From positions 558,001 to 622,000 of the forward strand of contig OZ287700.1 in assembly GCA_965649825.1 (NCBI GenBank): DNA of 64,000 nucleotides. Reading direction: 5' to 3'. The stretch is from Penicillus capitatus (lineage: Eukaryota > Plantae > Chlorophyta). The position numbers were made by a program, and so were the translations under genes. Numbering within the stretch: position 1 is the first letter of the stretch; each line of letters opens with the position of its first letter. This document shows, in pieces, positions 1-12,232 of the stretch. The notes under the pieces are model-generated. The model was not told where the DNA came from and did not search any database. It worked only from the letters and a program-made list of their open reading frames with translations.

Positions 1-174
1 GCTATGCGTACTGTCGGTAGAGATTTCGGAAATCAACGTGTTCTGCACAACCGTCTGCTGTACCGTGCGTTCACGTGCAGCCACCCTGACAAGAGCGTTT
101 CGACGGTTGACTTGAAGGTACTGTCGTATCTCTCCGCGGGCCTTCACCGTCAGCCGAGGGACGCCTGCCGTCAT
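1..174 (-). CDS. Possible 5' end of a gene running off the window (MTAGVPRLTVKARGEIRQYLQVNRR...)
   Basis: ATG at 174 opens a stop-free frame to the window edge, 106 nt after the upstream gene's stop. No recognisable motif. Confidence 0.25.
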   Translation of the reverse strand, partial: MTAGVPRLTVKARGEIRQYLQVNRRNALVRVAARERTVQQTVVQNTLISEISTDSTHS

Positions 175-280
175 CCCAACAACGCTGCTAATTTTGGAAC
201 GTTCTCTACGTTGCTCGGCTATCAGCTCAAGATTTACAGAGATTCTGAAGAATCTATTAACAAGGAGGCGAACGCGTGCG

Positions 281-3200
281 TTAAGCTTCGAGCTTGCCCT
301 GAGCCAGTGTCAGTGTATCCATGAGCGAAATGATGTCGAAGTCATTGGTAAACTGAATCGGAAACCTGCCAAAACACAACCGCTGCTTCCGATGCCGTAG
401 ACAACAGGTACAGGCATTACCGAATTCCATTTTCGGAGCCACCCAGTTCACTGACAGCAATCATGAGATGCCCATTCAGTACTTTAGATTCAAGTTTAGA
501 ACAGAGAACGATGTCCAGGGACTGTTTGTCGACGTACTGGACCACATGCTTGAACAGGAGATCCGCTGCCTGTCTACGCAGGACGTCACGTTGACAGAAG
601 GTCGAAAGATATTCACGAAAGCAGAGATGGATCATGCTACATACCATACCTGTGCCGTGAGAGATGTCGCATGGTATGGATACGAACGTACCTAAAAACT
701 TCGGCTGGAGAGACAGTACTTTGAAACCCTAATGTATCGAAAGAGCATTTGAAGCGAGCATAGTCGCTTGATCGAATGGACAGCGTGTAGACGTCGGGTT
801 CGGTCGTCCCGGGCGTCGGGGAGAGATCTCCGGCCACCACGTCACCGAGTCTCTCTAACATAGACTGCATCTCCGTGATGGACAAGGATCCAGATCCTGT
901 CAAGGGGCTGACATACATGGAATGGAGTGCGTGTGATGTGACCTTGAGTGAGTTGTCGAGCGAGGACTTCGGCATTGAGGGCGATTGAGCTGCGGAGTCG
1001 CTTCACAAAACAGGTTCCGAGGGATAGCGATTCCTTAAAAGCTTCTTCCGATTGCTCCTGTGCCTCACGCAGGACCTTTTCGACCTTTGCATCTGTAGCA
1101 GAGCTAATTCCCCATTCCAATTGTCGCTCCTCTCTGTTGTCTTCTACATAGAGCAGAGGATCGATCGAGTGGAAGGCAATCGAATGGTGTACCTCCCATG
1201 GCCACCTGCGCCGCTTCATGTTTCTTGAAGATGTGAATGGCACGTATGGCTCGCGTAAGACTGTCAAGGAATTCGTTGGAGCTGTCGTCTCCAGGCGAGG
1301 GAAGCGAGACATCGAAGGACAGCATTCCTGCATCGTCTGGATCTCGGTGGATGGGAAGCTGACGGAAGACAATGCTGGCAATGAGAGGACACCACGTGAA
1401 AGGGGGAGGATTACCTCAAGGTGCAAAGGTCCTTCATACGATGCCTCTTCCACTCCAATTTGGAGACTCTTTGCATCTGCACGAGCAATGATAGACGATG
1501 CGAATGACTTGAAATGCGTTTTGAACGACAGCAGTTTTGTTTTGGTATGTGAGTACCATTCCTGTAACGCCCTAAGCTGCTCATCCAGTGGCAAAGCGGC
1601 AGACAGAGACCTAGATCGCCATACAGAGTGATCCATAAGATGCTACATCCTGGATCTCACTTTTCTGCGTGTACTTCCCTTGCGGAGCGTTCACAGTAGT
1701 CTCTCAGAGCCCAGAGACAGGCATCTGTGTCTAATTGGCAGTTGAGTTGGGTCAGCAGACACTGAGTGCGAACGGGCTTTGCAGCGAGGCGAGCAACGCT
1801 TCCGTTCATCAGGGTCACGAAGTCAAGTGTGGATGCCAACCCTTCGGAGTGTGCCACATGACGGAGAGCTTTATTCCAAAGGTCACACAATGCAAGCCAG
1901 ATATCTGTTGAGGCATAGCGATCATAGAAACGACAGAGTTCGTGAATCGAGCAAAGACCAGACCATCCCTCGGACGGATTCAGCAGGCTCCACTTTTCTT
2001 TGCCGAAACACTTTCCCAACAGCGCAGCCTGATCATGCGTCAGAGACAACAGTCTTTGTGCTTCTTGCGATGCCGAGTATGCCATAAGGTCTGCAGCTTT
2101 GGATCGGGGATGCTTGTAAGGAGACGATGCGTCTAGCTGTGCCTGCATCGTCGAAAGGGGCGGCCCCATAACGATGATCTCTCCCGCTGCTGTCAGGCCT
2201 TTGCCAGATTCTAATACATATTCGCCGAGCTCCTTGGGCAATGCAGAAGTCAACGCCCTCTCCACGATCTTCACAACACACCGATCGCATCTTTACGTGT
2301 ACTGTGTGTTAGTGCGACTTTTGGGAGGATGAAGTTGAGGATGGTGCGGACGAGCGTGGCAGGGAGAGGGATCGAGCTGCCCATTGTCTTTTTTCTAAGT
2401 TGGATGATCTCAAACTTGAGGCCATGAGGTGAATGCCATCCCTGCTCTCGAGAGAACTCAAAGACGACGGAGAGGCAGCATTCCACTTCGAGAGTGATCT
2501 CTTTGATCGTGACGTTCGGCACACGCGTGCCTCTTTCTCCGATCACACTCACGTGGGCACCTTGCAGCTTGATGTGGACCCCTCGACGACCGGCGCCCAC
2601 CAAACTCATCGTGTCAGATTGGATTTCGGAACTGGTATCTCTCCAGTTCGTCAAGAAGGATTTCTTTTTGGGAAGAGAATCTATTTGATCAAGTGACCCT
2701 TCGCTCCGCAGCCGGCGATGTTTGGAGGGACTCGGTTGTTCGACATTACCTGGGATATTTAGATCCAATCCTGCGCGGAGCATTGTGTGATATGAGTGAG
2801 AAAAGCGACATACACAGTAACCTTTAATCGCTGTCGATGGGATGTTCATTGAGAGATCTTGGCTAGCATCGTCGGAGACTTCAAGCGAAGCGGGTGATCC
2901 TGCCCTACTCCCTGATGTATCTATGCGAGTTTCAGGTTTTTCTCGTCGAGAAAACGGCGGCGGAGCAACGGGTTGCGTTTCTTTGAGTGGCGGCAGTGGT
3001 TGTTCGTCCTGTCTACGTGGACGAGCATCTAAGAACAACCCCCAAAGTCAAGACAAAGTAAAATCTACCAACCAGTACCGGAAGAAAGAACGAATCTTTT
3101 CAGAAGTGTATTGCTGATTCCTGAATTGCTCCTCTTGTTCTTGAGTTTTGGCGGCGGTGTGAAGAACAGCGCCTGAGAAGCACGCGCAACGCCTCTTGGC

Positions 3201-4671
3201 AAATGACCTCTCTCCGATATCTTCGTCAAAAACTTCATAGCTAAACTCTTCCCAGGCGATTGCCTCTGATCAAACAGCACGCCATCATGGTGCTCCTCAG
3301 CAAACAACAACACACCTCAAAAGGCCGATCTACGGCTGGAGAGACAGGTTCTTGCGTCGTTGCATGGATCGACAGTTCCGCCAACGAAGCGGACTCTGCA
3401 AGACTCGCCGCATCTTGTTCCGGCAGATCACCCATGCTCTTCTGCACTTCAGTCTGACCTTCTACCTTTTCTATCAACAAAGGATGTGCATCAGTCGCCT
3501 CTTGAGGTTGCACATGTTGCGATGGACTATCGTCTTCTAGCATCACGGAACGGGTCTCTTCGACTGTGTCCTTCTCTTCTGCCTCAAAACAAGAAGTGCT
3601 CTCCTCGGCAGACACGGAGCTGGTGGCATCGGGGAGGACTGGAGGAGACGGTGGATGGTTGTTGATCTCATTGTCTTCCATTGAATGCATATCTCCCATG
3701 TCTTCTCCACTAAGAGGACACTCCTTACGCTCTCTCTATATCCGCTGTCTTTTCTACCTGTCTGTTCCGTTGATGTTGATCGGAGTCGGGCGCTGTTCTC
3801 GTCCACCCATGTAGATCCGAATGGCTGCTCTCTGTTCCGTACCCTGCGGAGCAGATTCCACAGAAAACGAGAAACCGCCGGACATATCGGAGACGGAGAG
3901 ATCTTTGGCTCCGACATAAATCCCTCCGGTGCCAACACGGAACCTACACAGACACACAGTCTCCATCTCCACGTCGCCCGTTCTGCTCACCGGTATCCTT
4001 GGACAGACGGAAAGAGCAGACAGCGCTTGGCATGATCCAGTTTGGATTCGACTTTGCTCAACTGGTCTTTGATTCGTGAGAGTTCCTCCCAATCTGCAAT
4101 CTGTTCTCTCTGCTGTTGCTCAGCCGCCTCCATCTTCTCCAACATCACTTCTAAAAACTCGGCCTCTTCTAGACACAGCTTACGTGTCTCCTGCAGGAGA
4201 CGTATACGCATGGATGCGAGATGCCCTCTGCTGTATATTGGCTGGTACTTTCATCAGCGTGATTTGATCTTCGAGCATCGACCGTTCTTCTCTCCGAACA
4301 GCCACCGAGAGATTCTCGACAGCTTGTTCCACACGTGTCTCCGCTTCTTTCACTCTTCGGCGGAATTCGTTTAACTGCTGCTGCACTTCTGTCTTGGACA
4401 ACACGCTATTCTCCTCTTTTTCTCGACTGTTCTTTCTTTTCTCTCGCTGTCTTCTGAGTTTCTGTATTTTTAGAGATATCCGGTTGTGGTCTTCTTTCAA
4501 AACGGCCTTTGTGGCAGTCAGAGCAGAATTGTATGCCTGTAACACTTCAGCATCTTCTTTCCACTGCCATTTCTTTTGCTCTTCCTTCCGTGAGACGACC
4601 TCGCCCAGTTGGCGAATCTGGAAACGTATAGACTCAAATATATCGGCCTCCTCCCCTTCAAAGTTTGGCAT
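281..4671 (-). CDS. Large multi-exon hypothetical protein (over 1000 aa): N-terminal coiled coil, acidic linker, beta-rich domain, helical C-terminus
   Basis: Minus-strand ORF fragments (4180-4671, 3987-4211, 3754-4092, 3241-3699, 2271-3038, 1657-2274, 842-1636, 637-975, 417-647) line up as exons. Junctions traced in frame with GT-AG introns include GYR|FRVGTGG, TD|SGEDMGD and ENGIR|FPIQFTNDFDIISLMDTLTLAQGKLEA*. Stop at 281-283, TGTAA about 45 nt downstream. Not every junction was traced. Confidence 0.72.
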
Positions 4672-4742
4672 TTTCTGAAAACGGGAATCACGAGAGGCTG
4701 GACGCGGGTTGTGCAGCGACTCTGTAACCGACGACGTAGTTG

Positions 4743-6095
4743 ATGGCGACAGATTTCATGCGTGGAGAAAAGATCGCCGCGACCCGCGGGTCAGCGCTGT
4801 TCGGAGATGCGCGAAAGATCGCCGCCACGAAGAAGGCAACGCGCAGCACACGGCGCGGAGTGCCTGTCGATGTGCGGAATGAACGTTGTCTCGTCGTCAA
4901 CACAAAGGGCGGAGCGCATGCCATCATCGGCTACCATCTCTCGAGACAGTTGCTCACGGAAGGACACGATGTCACTCTTATGAACGATGGCAAAGAGGTG
5001 CTATGCTGTCGGTCCAAAAGAGTGAGATGAGTACATCGAAAAGATACATACAGGACGAGTTGAGTGGCAAGAATCCCTTCGCTCAGTACGGGCAGCTCCG
5101 TGCAGCCGGTGGATCAGTGATTTGGGGAAATCCGACGGATCCGGCCACGTATCCTGAGGGAGCGTTCGATGTTGTCTACGATAACAACGGCAAGAATCTC
5201 GAAGCCTGTCGTCCTCTTATCGACCATTACAAGGCAGTTCTATTTGGAGGTGGAGGGGAAAGAGGAATGGCATATAGGGAATGGTGTCGCACTATGTCTT
5301 CGTGAGCTCGGCGGGGGCTTACCAGGCAAACGCGATTGAGCCTATGCACATCGAAGAGGATCCGAGAAAAGCGTCTGCTGGGCACTGTGAGGTGGAAGCT
5401 TATCTGAGGAGTGCAGATCTGCCGTACACTGTTTTTCATCCACTCTATATCTATGGCCCCTACACAGCCAAGGATTGTGAACAGTGGTTTATCGACAGAA
5501 TCATCCGGTAAAGCAGAAGAGGACATTTTTGCGAGTACATCCCTCACTTGCGTTTTGCAGAGATCGTCCAGTGCCGTTACCAGCGCCAGGCATTCAGATG
5601 ACATCTCTAAGTCACGTCGAGGACGTCGCTTCGATGCTGGCCACTGTGCCAGGAAACAAAGCTGCAATCCGGCAGGAATTCAATGTCTGCACGGATCGCT
5701 GCATTTCTTTTGAAGGTCTTATCTCACCTACACAATAACTTACACACATCTCTCGCTATTTCTGTAGGAATCGTTCATGGCATCGCAGAAGCACTTGGAA
5801 AGAAGGCTAAGATTGTGTACTATGATCCCACAGAGCTGGGGCTCAAGAAAGGCGAAGGCTTTCCATTCAGGTTCTTACGAAACATCACACATTTCTCACA
5901 CTTTTTTGCAGGTCGGCGCATTTCTTTGCCTCGTCCGACAAGGCCAAAGCGGAATTGGGATGGACTCCCAGGCATACCTTTCTCTCAGATGTCAAAGATC
6001 TCTGTGATGCCTACGTTGCGAGCGGCCGCCTCGATCAATCCATCGATTTCTCCATCGATGACAAAATTCTCAAAGCCGTCGCCACGGTTGTCTAG
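4743..6095 (+). CDS. CSP41A: Chloroplast stem-loop binding protein of 41 kDa a (NAD-dependent epimerase fold), 6 exons
   Basis: Transit-peptide-like N-terminus, then LVVNTKGGAHAIIGYHLS, DVVYDNNGK, HYVFVSSAGAY, PLYIYGPYTAKDCEQWFIDRIIRDRPVPLPAPGIQ, ending IDFSIDDKILKAVATVV*. Five introns traced. Confidence 0.93.
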
Positions 6096-6251
6096 ATGAC
6101 GTCGCTTCGTCGTCGTTGTCACTTTCGAACTCTTCTTGGGCCATTCCATTTTTCATTAAACTGAATCTTTTTGGGCCGACGACGACACGTCTGGCCGAGA
6201 ATCGTTCGATTTCGTCGCCGATTCCTACGTCGCAAAGAGGTCGTCTTTTGT

Positions 6252-9200
6252 ATGGAACAAGGTTTCTCGGGCTGCGCCAGCCCCTCTCCGTCAGTTCTCG
6301 ACGTGAAGGGCCCTGCGCGTGAAGGAGAAGACGCGGTGACCCGTTCGGGCTTTGTTCCGGACGCGAAGCCCGGTATCGGACCCGAGGCACGTGACCGTCT
6401 ATCGCTGCTCGAGAAATTTCCACGAAGCCGCCAACGCTCACCTTCCAGCGGCAGCTCGGACAATAAAAATAAGTCGACGCCGACGTCCGCTCAACAACGC
6501 ACTTCTCTGTCCGACGTCGAGACTGCTCGTCACAGGGGGGCAACATCTTATCAACATGTGGAGAAGAAAGTGCAACATCACATGGATATCGAAGACAAGT
6601 AGAGGTCAAATGAGTGAGATAACGTTCTAAAAGTGTGACCCCTAGGCGTGTGGGAGATGTGGCTGAAGGAATTCTGTACGAATTCTTGCCGTCGGCATTC
6701 AATGTCCTTATCCCTCCTTGCGGTGATCCACGATCGGAGCTGACGCACGAGAGATGCAAAGCACGTGCTCTGCTGCACTGCATCCATCGTCTTGATCTTT
6801 TTGATCCTGTCATAGTTGGTAGCGAGTGCTGCCTTGAGCATCGGTGCGATGATGAATGCGCCTCCTCCCTTTCTCGAATTTCTCCTTCGAATTCCGTGGC
6901 AGAAAATAGAAGAGCTACACCAAAAGTACCCTCATCTCGCACACACCATAACTGACAGGCCAATGTGTATTGACTGCAGTTCTGGAAACCAAGAGTGGAT
7001 CCAGCAGCAGTTGGAGATTCCGGAAGCCACTCGACGGGAGCTTGTGAACACACCGATTCATCCCGTGTTGATGCCAACCGTTTTAGAGTTTCTTTTTTCG
7101 GAGACTTATCGAGAGAGTCTACCACCGCAGCTCAAGTCTAAAACAGAGCCTCCTTCGCAGAGTCATCTAGACACCGTAGCTGCTTTGTTGGATGGTGCCG
7201 GTCCACTGCACTGTGCAGCGATACGCGGAAATCCAGCACAAGTGGATCACCTGCTCTTTTCTGGAGCAGACCCAGCTATGAAGACCCAATGCGGAGACCT
7301 ACCCTTGCAACTCGTGCCCTTCTGCTGTGAAAAGACTGCAGAAACAGGCCAACGTATCTGCTGCTGTATGAATGCAAAGGATCAGGAGATTTGGGAATGT
7401 CGATCGTCTGCAGCACGGTCGTTGATTTCAAGAAAGTGTTTTTTTCAGTTTGGCTACGGATTGATGGCATGGCTGACATTGTTAATTCTCTGCATCCTCA
7501 ATTCACTGGGTGTATGGGGATGTCACAAACATCTCTGCCGACGACCATCTGTGATGAAACACGTGGAGCATCAGAAGGAGGTCAAATCGAAGAAGGCATG
7601 CCTAGAGTCGAAGCGACTGCTGAGTGAGATGCGGAAAGAGGCGAGACAAGGGCAGCAGTTTCTGACAGCTGCTCGGCAGCTTCCATGGAATGGAGGGGAT
7701 ATGGAACAAGAGGCGCACCACCGTACACAACATCTGGAAGAGAACAACACACAGAAGGCGGTGTTGAGCTATGTTCATGCCGTACATTTTCTCCAAAATC
7801 TCCTCCTGCACAACGATGGCAAAGATTTCAATGCTCCTGCGGAGTCAGCTCCAGCTTCTCTGCCAAAAGTAACAGCCCGTGATTGTCAAGTGTCTGAAGA
7901 TGAACAAGCCGATATCTATTGTTGTTGGGCAGAAAGCGTCCTGCTAAAATTCAAAGCCTGTCGTTGTGCAGGATGTGCTGCCGTTGCTGTTTCTGCCATA
8001 AGAATGGCTCACATACGATGTGCTCAACTACTGTCTCTGCTCGAAAAGCGAAGGCGAACAGATGTTGCCGATAAGTGGAGATTGGTCGGAAAGCATCTCA
8101 TGCACGTTGTCTATCTTCACATCTGTCTCCTACTGGATACAGAAGCACGACAGTCTGCCACAAAGGCATCCACTTGGAGATCTGAGCAATGTGTGAAAGA
8201 GTGGCAGCGATTGGGAGAGAAGGGTATTACGTATGGAGAGGGTGATGTGTCTCAAGTCACACTACTGGAGCAGTGGGTGCGCACAGCGGAGTCCGATCTG
8301 ATACTAGTAGAAGCTCTCTATGGAGATTTACTGTCTCCTTCTCAGACCGTCAAAGAGATCCTGAAACTGACGGTTACTCGAAGTGCCGGTGGAATGCCGT
8401 ATTTGCTCAGATCCACCTCTCTGGAAAACGTCGACAGCTTGGAAGTCGCTTTGAATAAAGCGCAAGCACCGTCTTCCGATTTGGCTGCACTCACAGTCGA
8501 AGTGATGCAGAATGGAAAGAAAGAGATTCGGGCAGCAACAAGATTGAAAGAGTGTCTCACTGTAAGCAAAAGCAGTTCTGTCATGACAGGAATGATCGAG
8601 AAACTGCATGAGGCGATTCAAGAGGCGGAACCCTTTCCTCGTCTGGTGGCAGAAGTGAACACGGCGCTTCGGTTGCATCAGGAGCTCCTGGCAAGGGCAG
8701 AGGCCGTAGAGAGGCTCGAGGTGATCATGTTGCAAGCAAAACAACCACTCATGGCTCAGAGTGATGCGACATCCTGTCCAAGCATCGAACCGTCCCTCAT
8801 CGAGGATCGCATTGCCGCTTTGCAAGTTGGTATTGAACAGGGGAAGAAAGCTAGAATAAACACAGAGAAAGCAAGAAAGCTGTTAAGGGAACTGCAGGCT
8901 CAAATCTCGGCCGTCGAGGCAGCGCATCAACTCGACACGCTCATGGCAAGGAGACCTTGTGGATCGGCTGCTCTGAAAGTACGGCTGTGTATTTTGTGGC
9001 GGGTGTGATGAACCTGTCTGTGCAGACGGCACTGTCCAGGGCAGAAGGATGCTATAGTTCTGCAAGCGAGCATGTATCGAGTGGCCTCATCACACCATCC
9101 GCGTTTCTATTGCCACGTATGCAGGCAGCTAGAAAGAGGCTGGAGATTGAACGTATGGTCGAGTCTCTTAACAGAGCAACGACGATGTATACCACCGTAA

Positions 9201-11221
9201 ACGACCTTTCCAAACTCGAAAGCATCATACTAGATGCTAGAAAAGTGAGAATTCGGCAAAGTACTGTGGATGGTGTGATGATATCATACGCTTGCAGGTG
9301 TTTGATCAGTTAGGCGCTGAGGAATCCGATCAGACGGCATATCACGCAGCGAGAGTTCTTCGTGGGAAACTGCACAGTGCTTTCAAACTGAGGCAGCAGC
9401 TGCAGAACGGTGTCAAAACGCTGCAGAAGCATCACAGGAAGGTTGATGCTGCGGCACTGGAGGAGGCGATTCAGAGTGCAGCTGCTTGCCAACACCTTCT
9501 GGAAGAGGACACGTCGAAGGCCCAAGAGGCACTGGATCACTGGAACAGCATTCAGAGGATGGAAGAGCATCTCCATCACGTCATTCAAGGGGCAGAGGAA
9601 TCGACGGAAGTTTCCAGAGCCATCCACGAAGCTTCTGCTGCAGGAGTAAAGACGCAGACTGCCAAGAAGATTCTAAAATTGATGCAGAATGTGGAAAGCG
9701 CCATGCAGCAGTTGGTGGATCACACAGCCGACTGCAAGGAATTGAAATCTGTCATCGAGGAGGCTGAGAAGGGCGGTGTCGGATTGCGTCTGGTAAACAG
9801 AGCACGGGCACATCTTGTCGATATACAGGCAGCTCGAGCACAGGCAAGAGAACTCAAGAACATGGCAGAGGACATGCGACAGAAGGATGGAGTATGTGTA
9901 GGAGGTGCTGTGTTGTGCTCTGGAGGAGAAGGGACATGAATTGGAGGAGAGATGTGCGTTGTTAAGGGGAGCTATAGATCAGGCAGGTTCCTTGATGGAG
10001 ATTTCAATGCCATCAGATGTTCAGGGGTGTGAAGACACAGACAGAATGCAACATCAAGACAATTTTGAGAGAAAAGAAGATTCAACAGGTGACTTGAGTA
10101 AGAATGCTCATAGCGTGTGGGATTACGTGAAACATGTACAAATCGAGATCCGCAATTGCGAGGCAGAGATGTTGAGAATCAAACTGGACGCTGCAGAAAA
10201 GGAACAACGTGCTAGAGACCTTGAACAGCAAGAACAGGCACGACAAGCGGCGAGGTTGCAAGAAATCGAAAGGCGGCAGAAAGAGGAAGAGGCAAATAGA
10301 GAAGATCTGCTCAAGAGACAGCAGCGACGACATATGGAACTCCTTCTGCAGCAACGATCTCCAGAGAAGAGGACGAGTGTCTTTCGCAAACCTTTCGTCA
10401 GTCCGATCACCAACAGGACATTAGTGGAGGATGTGACAGCTAGCCCTCCTGTGTTTTCTGGCGGAGAGGATTCCATGGCCGTCATGGAATACGAAGTGCA
10501 GCGATTGTTGGAGGATGAGAGTCCTGTACTGAAGAGGGTGTTATCGCCGTGTCACTCTTTTCCCTCTTCCGATGCCAATCTAACGGCCAAAGGCGTTTTG
10601 GAAAGGTTGGAAGATCCATGGGATGTGCAGTCATCCGAGAACAGCGCAGAGATGAATTACTTTCCGACACTGGATCCTCCAACGGCTCCCAAACTCCAGC
10701 CATCGCTCTGCTTGGGCTTGGATTTCAGAGCCTCTCATACAACAACGAGAATGGACCCTCTCGAGGCTTTGTTGGTAAAGAAGCGTCTCTTGGACAGTCT
10801 GAAAATGCAACATCAGTTGGGACTGGCCCGAACGCAGACGATGCCGACGTGGAATCGATCCGTGTCTATGGGATCCGTGTCCAGACGAACGATGCCGTTA
10901 GATTCCTCTGCCCCCGCTTTCTACCCCAAATCCTCGACCGAAGTGCCGCCGCCGGAGCTCGGTGCAGGAATTCACCCTTTCAGTTCTCCCATGAAGCATG
11001 TCTCGCCGACGTCTTTCTCGGCGACAGCCGCACAACGACTGCAGCTGTCCGACCAATCCATCCCCAAAGAAACATCGCGTCCAATAGCTGGCCCGTTTCC
11101 GGGAGTGGGTGTCGGTATTCCGGGCACACCGCGTCGTTCTCTGTCCGAAAGAATGGATCCATTGCAACTTTCAACAACGATGAGTGAGAAAGAAGGATTT
11201 TCGCGTTCTGGGGAATTGTGA
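6252..11221 (+). CDS. Large (about 1500 aa) ankyrin-repeat protein with a hydrophobic/TM segment, helical repeats and coiled coils
   Basis: Ankyrin motif GAGPLHCAAIRGNPAQVDHLLFSGADP; hydrophobic stretch FFQFGYGLMAWLTLLILCILNSLGVWG. ORFs 6171, 6635, 6816, 8957, 9292 and 9905 join through five short introns. Start codon is uncertain. Confidence 0.72.
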
Positions 11222-11357
11222 TAAATTTGGGTATCAACTCTGACAACGTAAGGATCTTTCTCGCTCGTGCAGCAACGATGTGCACGATCGATGTCATTAT
11301 TCTTTGCAGCAGCAAACCTTGATTTCCGTCAACTCCATCTCTCCTCTCATTGCAATC

Positions 11358-12231
11358 TCACTCTTCCACTCGGATCATTCCGTTTTGCACTGTATCGTAT
11401 GCGAAGTGACATGATGGCAATGAAAACGAGAGGGCGTCACTCGGAGACGGACAGCATGTCAAGAGATGTGTGAGAATCTTTCTGTGTGCAGCTCCTCGTG
11501 CATCGATATGGAGAATCCGAACGTCTGAATGTTCAGCCAGTGTGTTCTCTGTCTCCCTGCGTTCCGATCTCCACTGTCTCTCCTCCCCCTTCGAACATAG
11601 CAAAGCGAAAAGAGTGAGAGCAGTTGCGTCTTTGAGTGTTTGATACAGGGAAATGAAATTGTATCCACAGCCTTTCCAATGGACGATCTGTCTCGCTCAG
11701 CCGTTCCGGCCATTCCACTAACGACACGGCCTTCTCAAAAGACTCCTTCAGATCCAGCATGTGGCAGCCGTGCTCTTTTAGACGATACAGATCGTAATGA
11801 TGAATCTCGGCGCCTAGATTTGTCGAAGGTCACCCATAGATTGGATCCCGCTGTTCATCATACCCTCGACATCGTCATAGATCTGTTGCAGCAAGTAAGT
11901 GGGCGAAGGCACCGTCATAGTCTCATCTTCGTAGGCTTCTCGAATAAAGGCACGACTAATATACAGAGAAGAAGGGATCTATGGGGACAGGGAATGGGGA
12001 GGGAGTCCATGACCTGAACTCGGACTTTCCCGATCCCACAGATCCTTGCAGCATCAATCGGATACCCGGGCTGCGTTTCTGCGCCATCCATTTCGCCAGG
12101 CGCTGCGTTTGCAACAGAGAAGGGCATAGAAACGTACAGGAGAGCTTCTCTCCACCTTGCCGTGCGTTCATGTACATCTGCCAGACCATTTGACGCATAT
12201 CATCATCGCCTCGAACGCATCGCCCGTCCAT
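11358..12231 (-). CDS. TSAE: tRNA threonylcarbamoyladenosine biosynthesis ATPase TsaE (YjeE); start uncertain, could extend to 12396
   Basis: Walker A LQGSVGSGKSEF|SRAFIR, VPSPTYLLQQIY, IHHYDLYRL and VSLVEWPERL are all TsaE hallmark motifs. Three introns. Confidence 0.88.
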
Positions 12232-12232
12232 T

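Noticed and set aside
4-695. Plus-strand ORFs 4-324, 194-400 and 468-695
   Set aside because: Most of this span is better explained as antisense to the last exons of the minus-strand gene ending at 281, which splice cleanly in frame.
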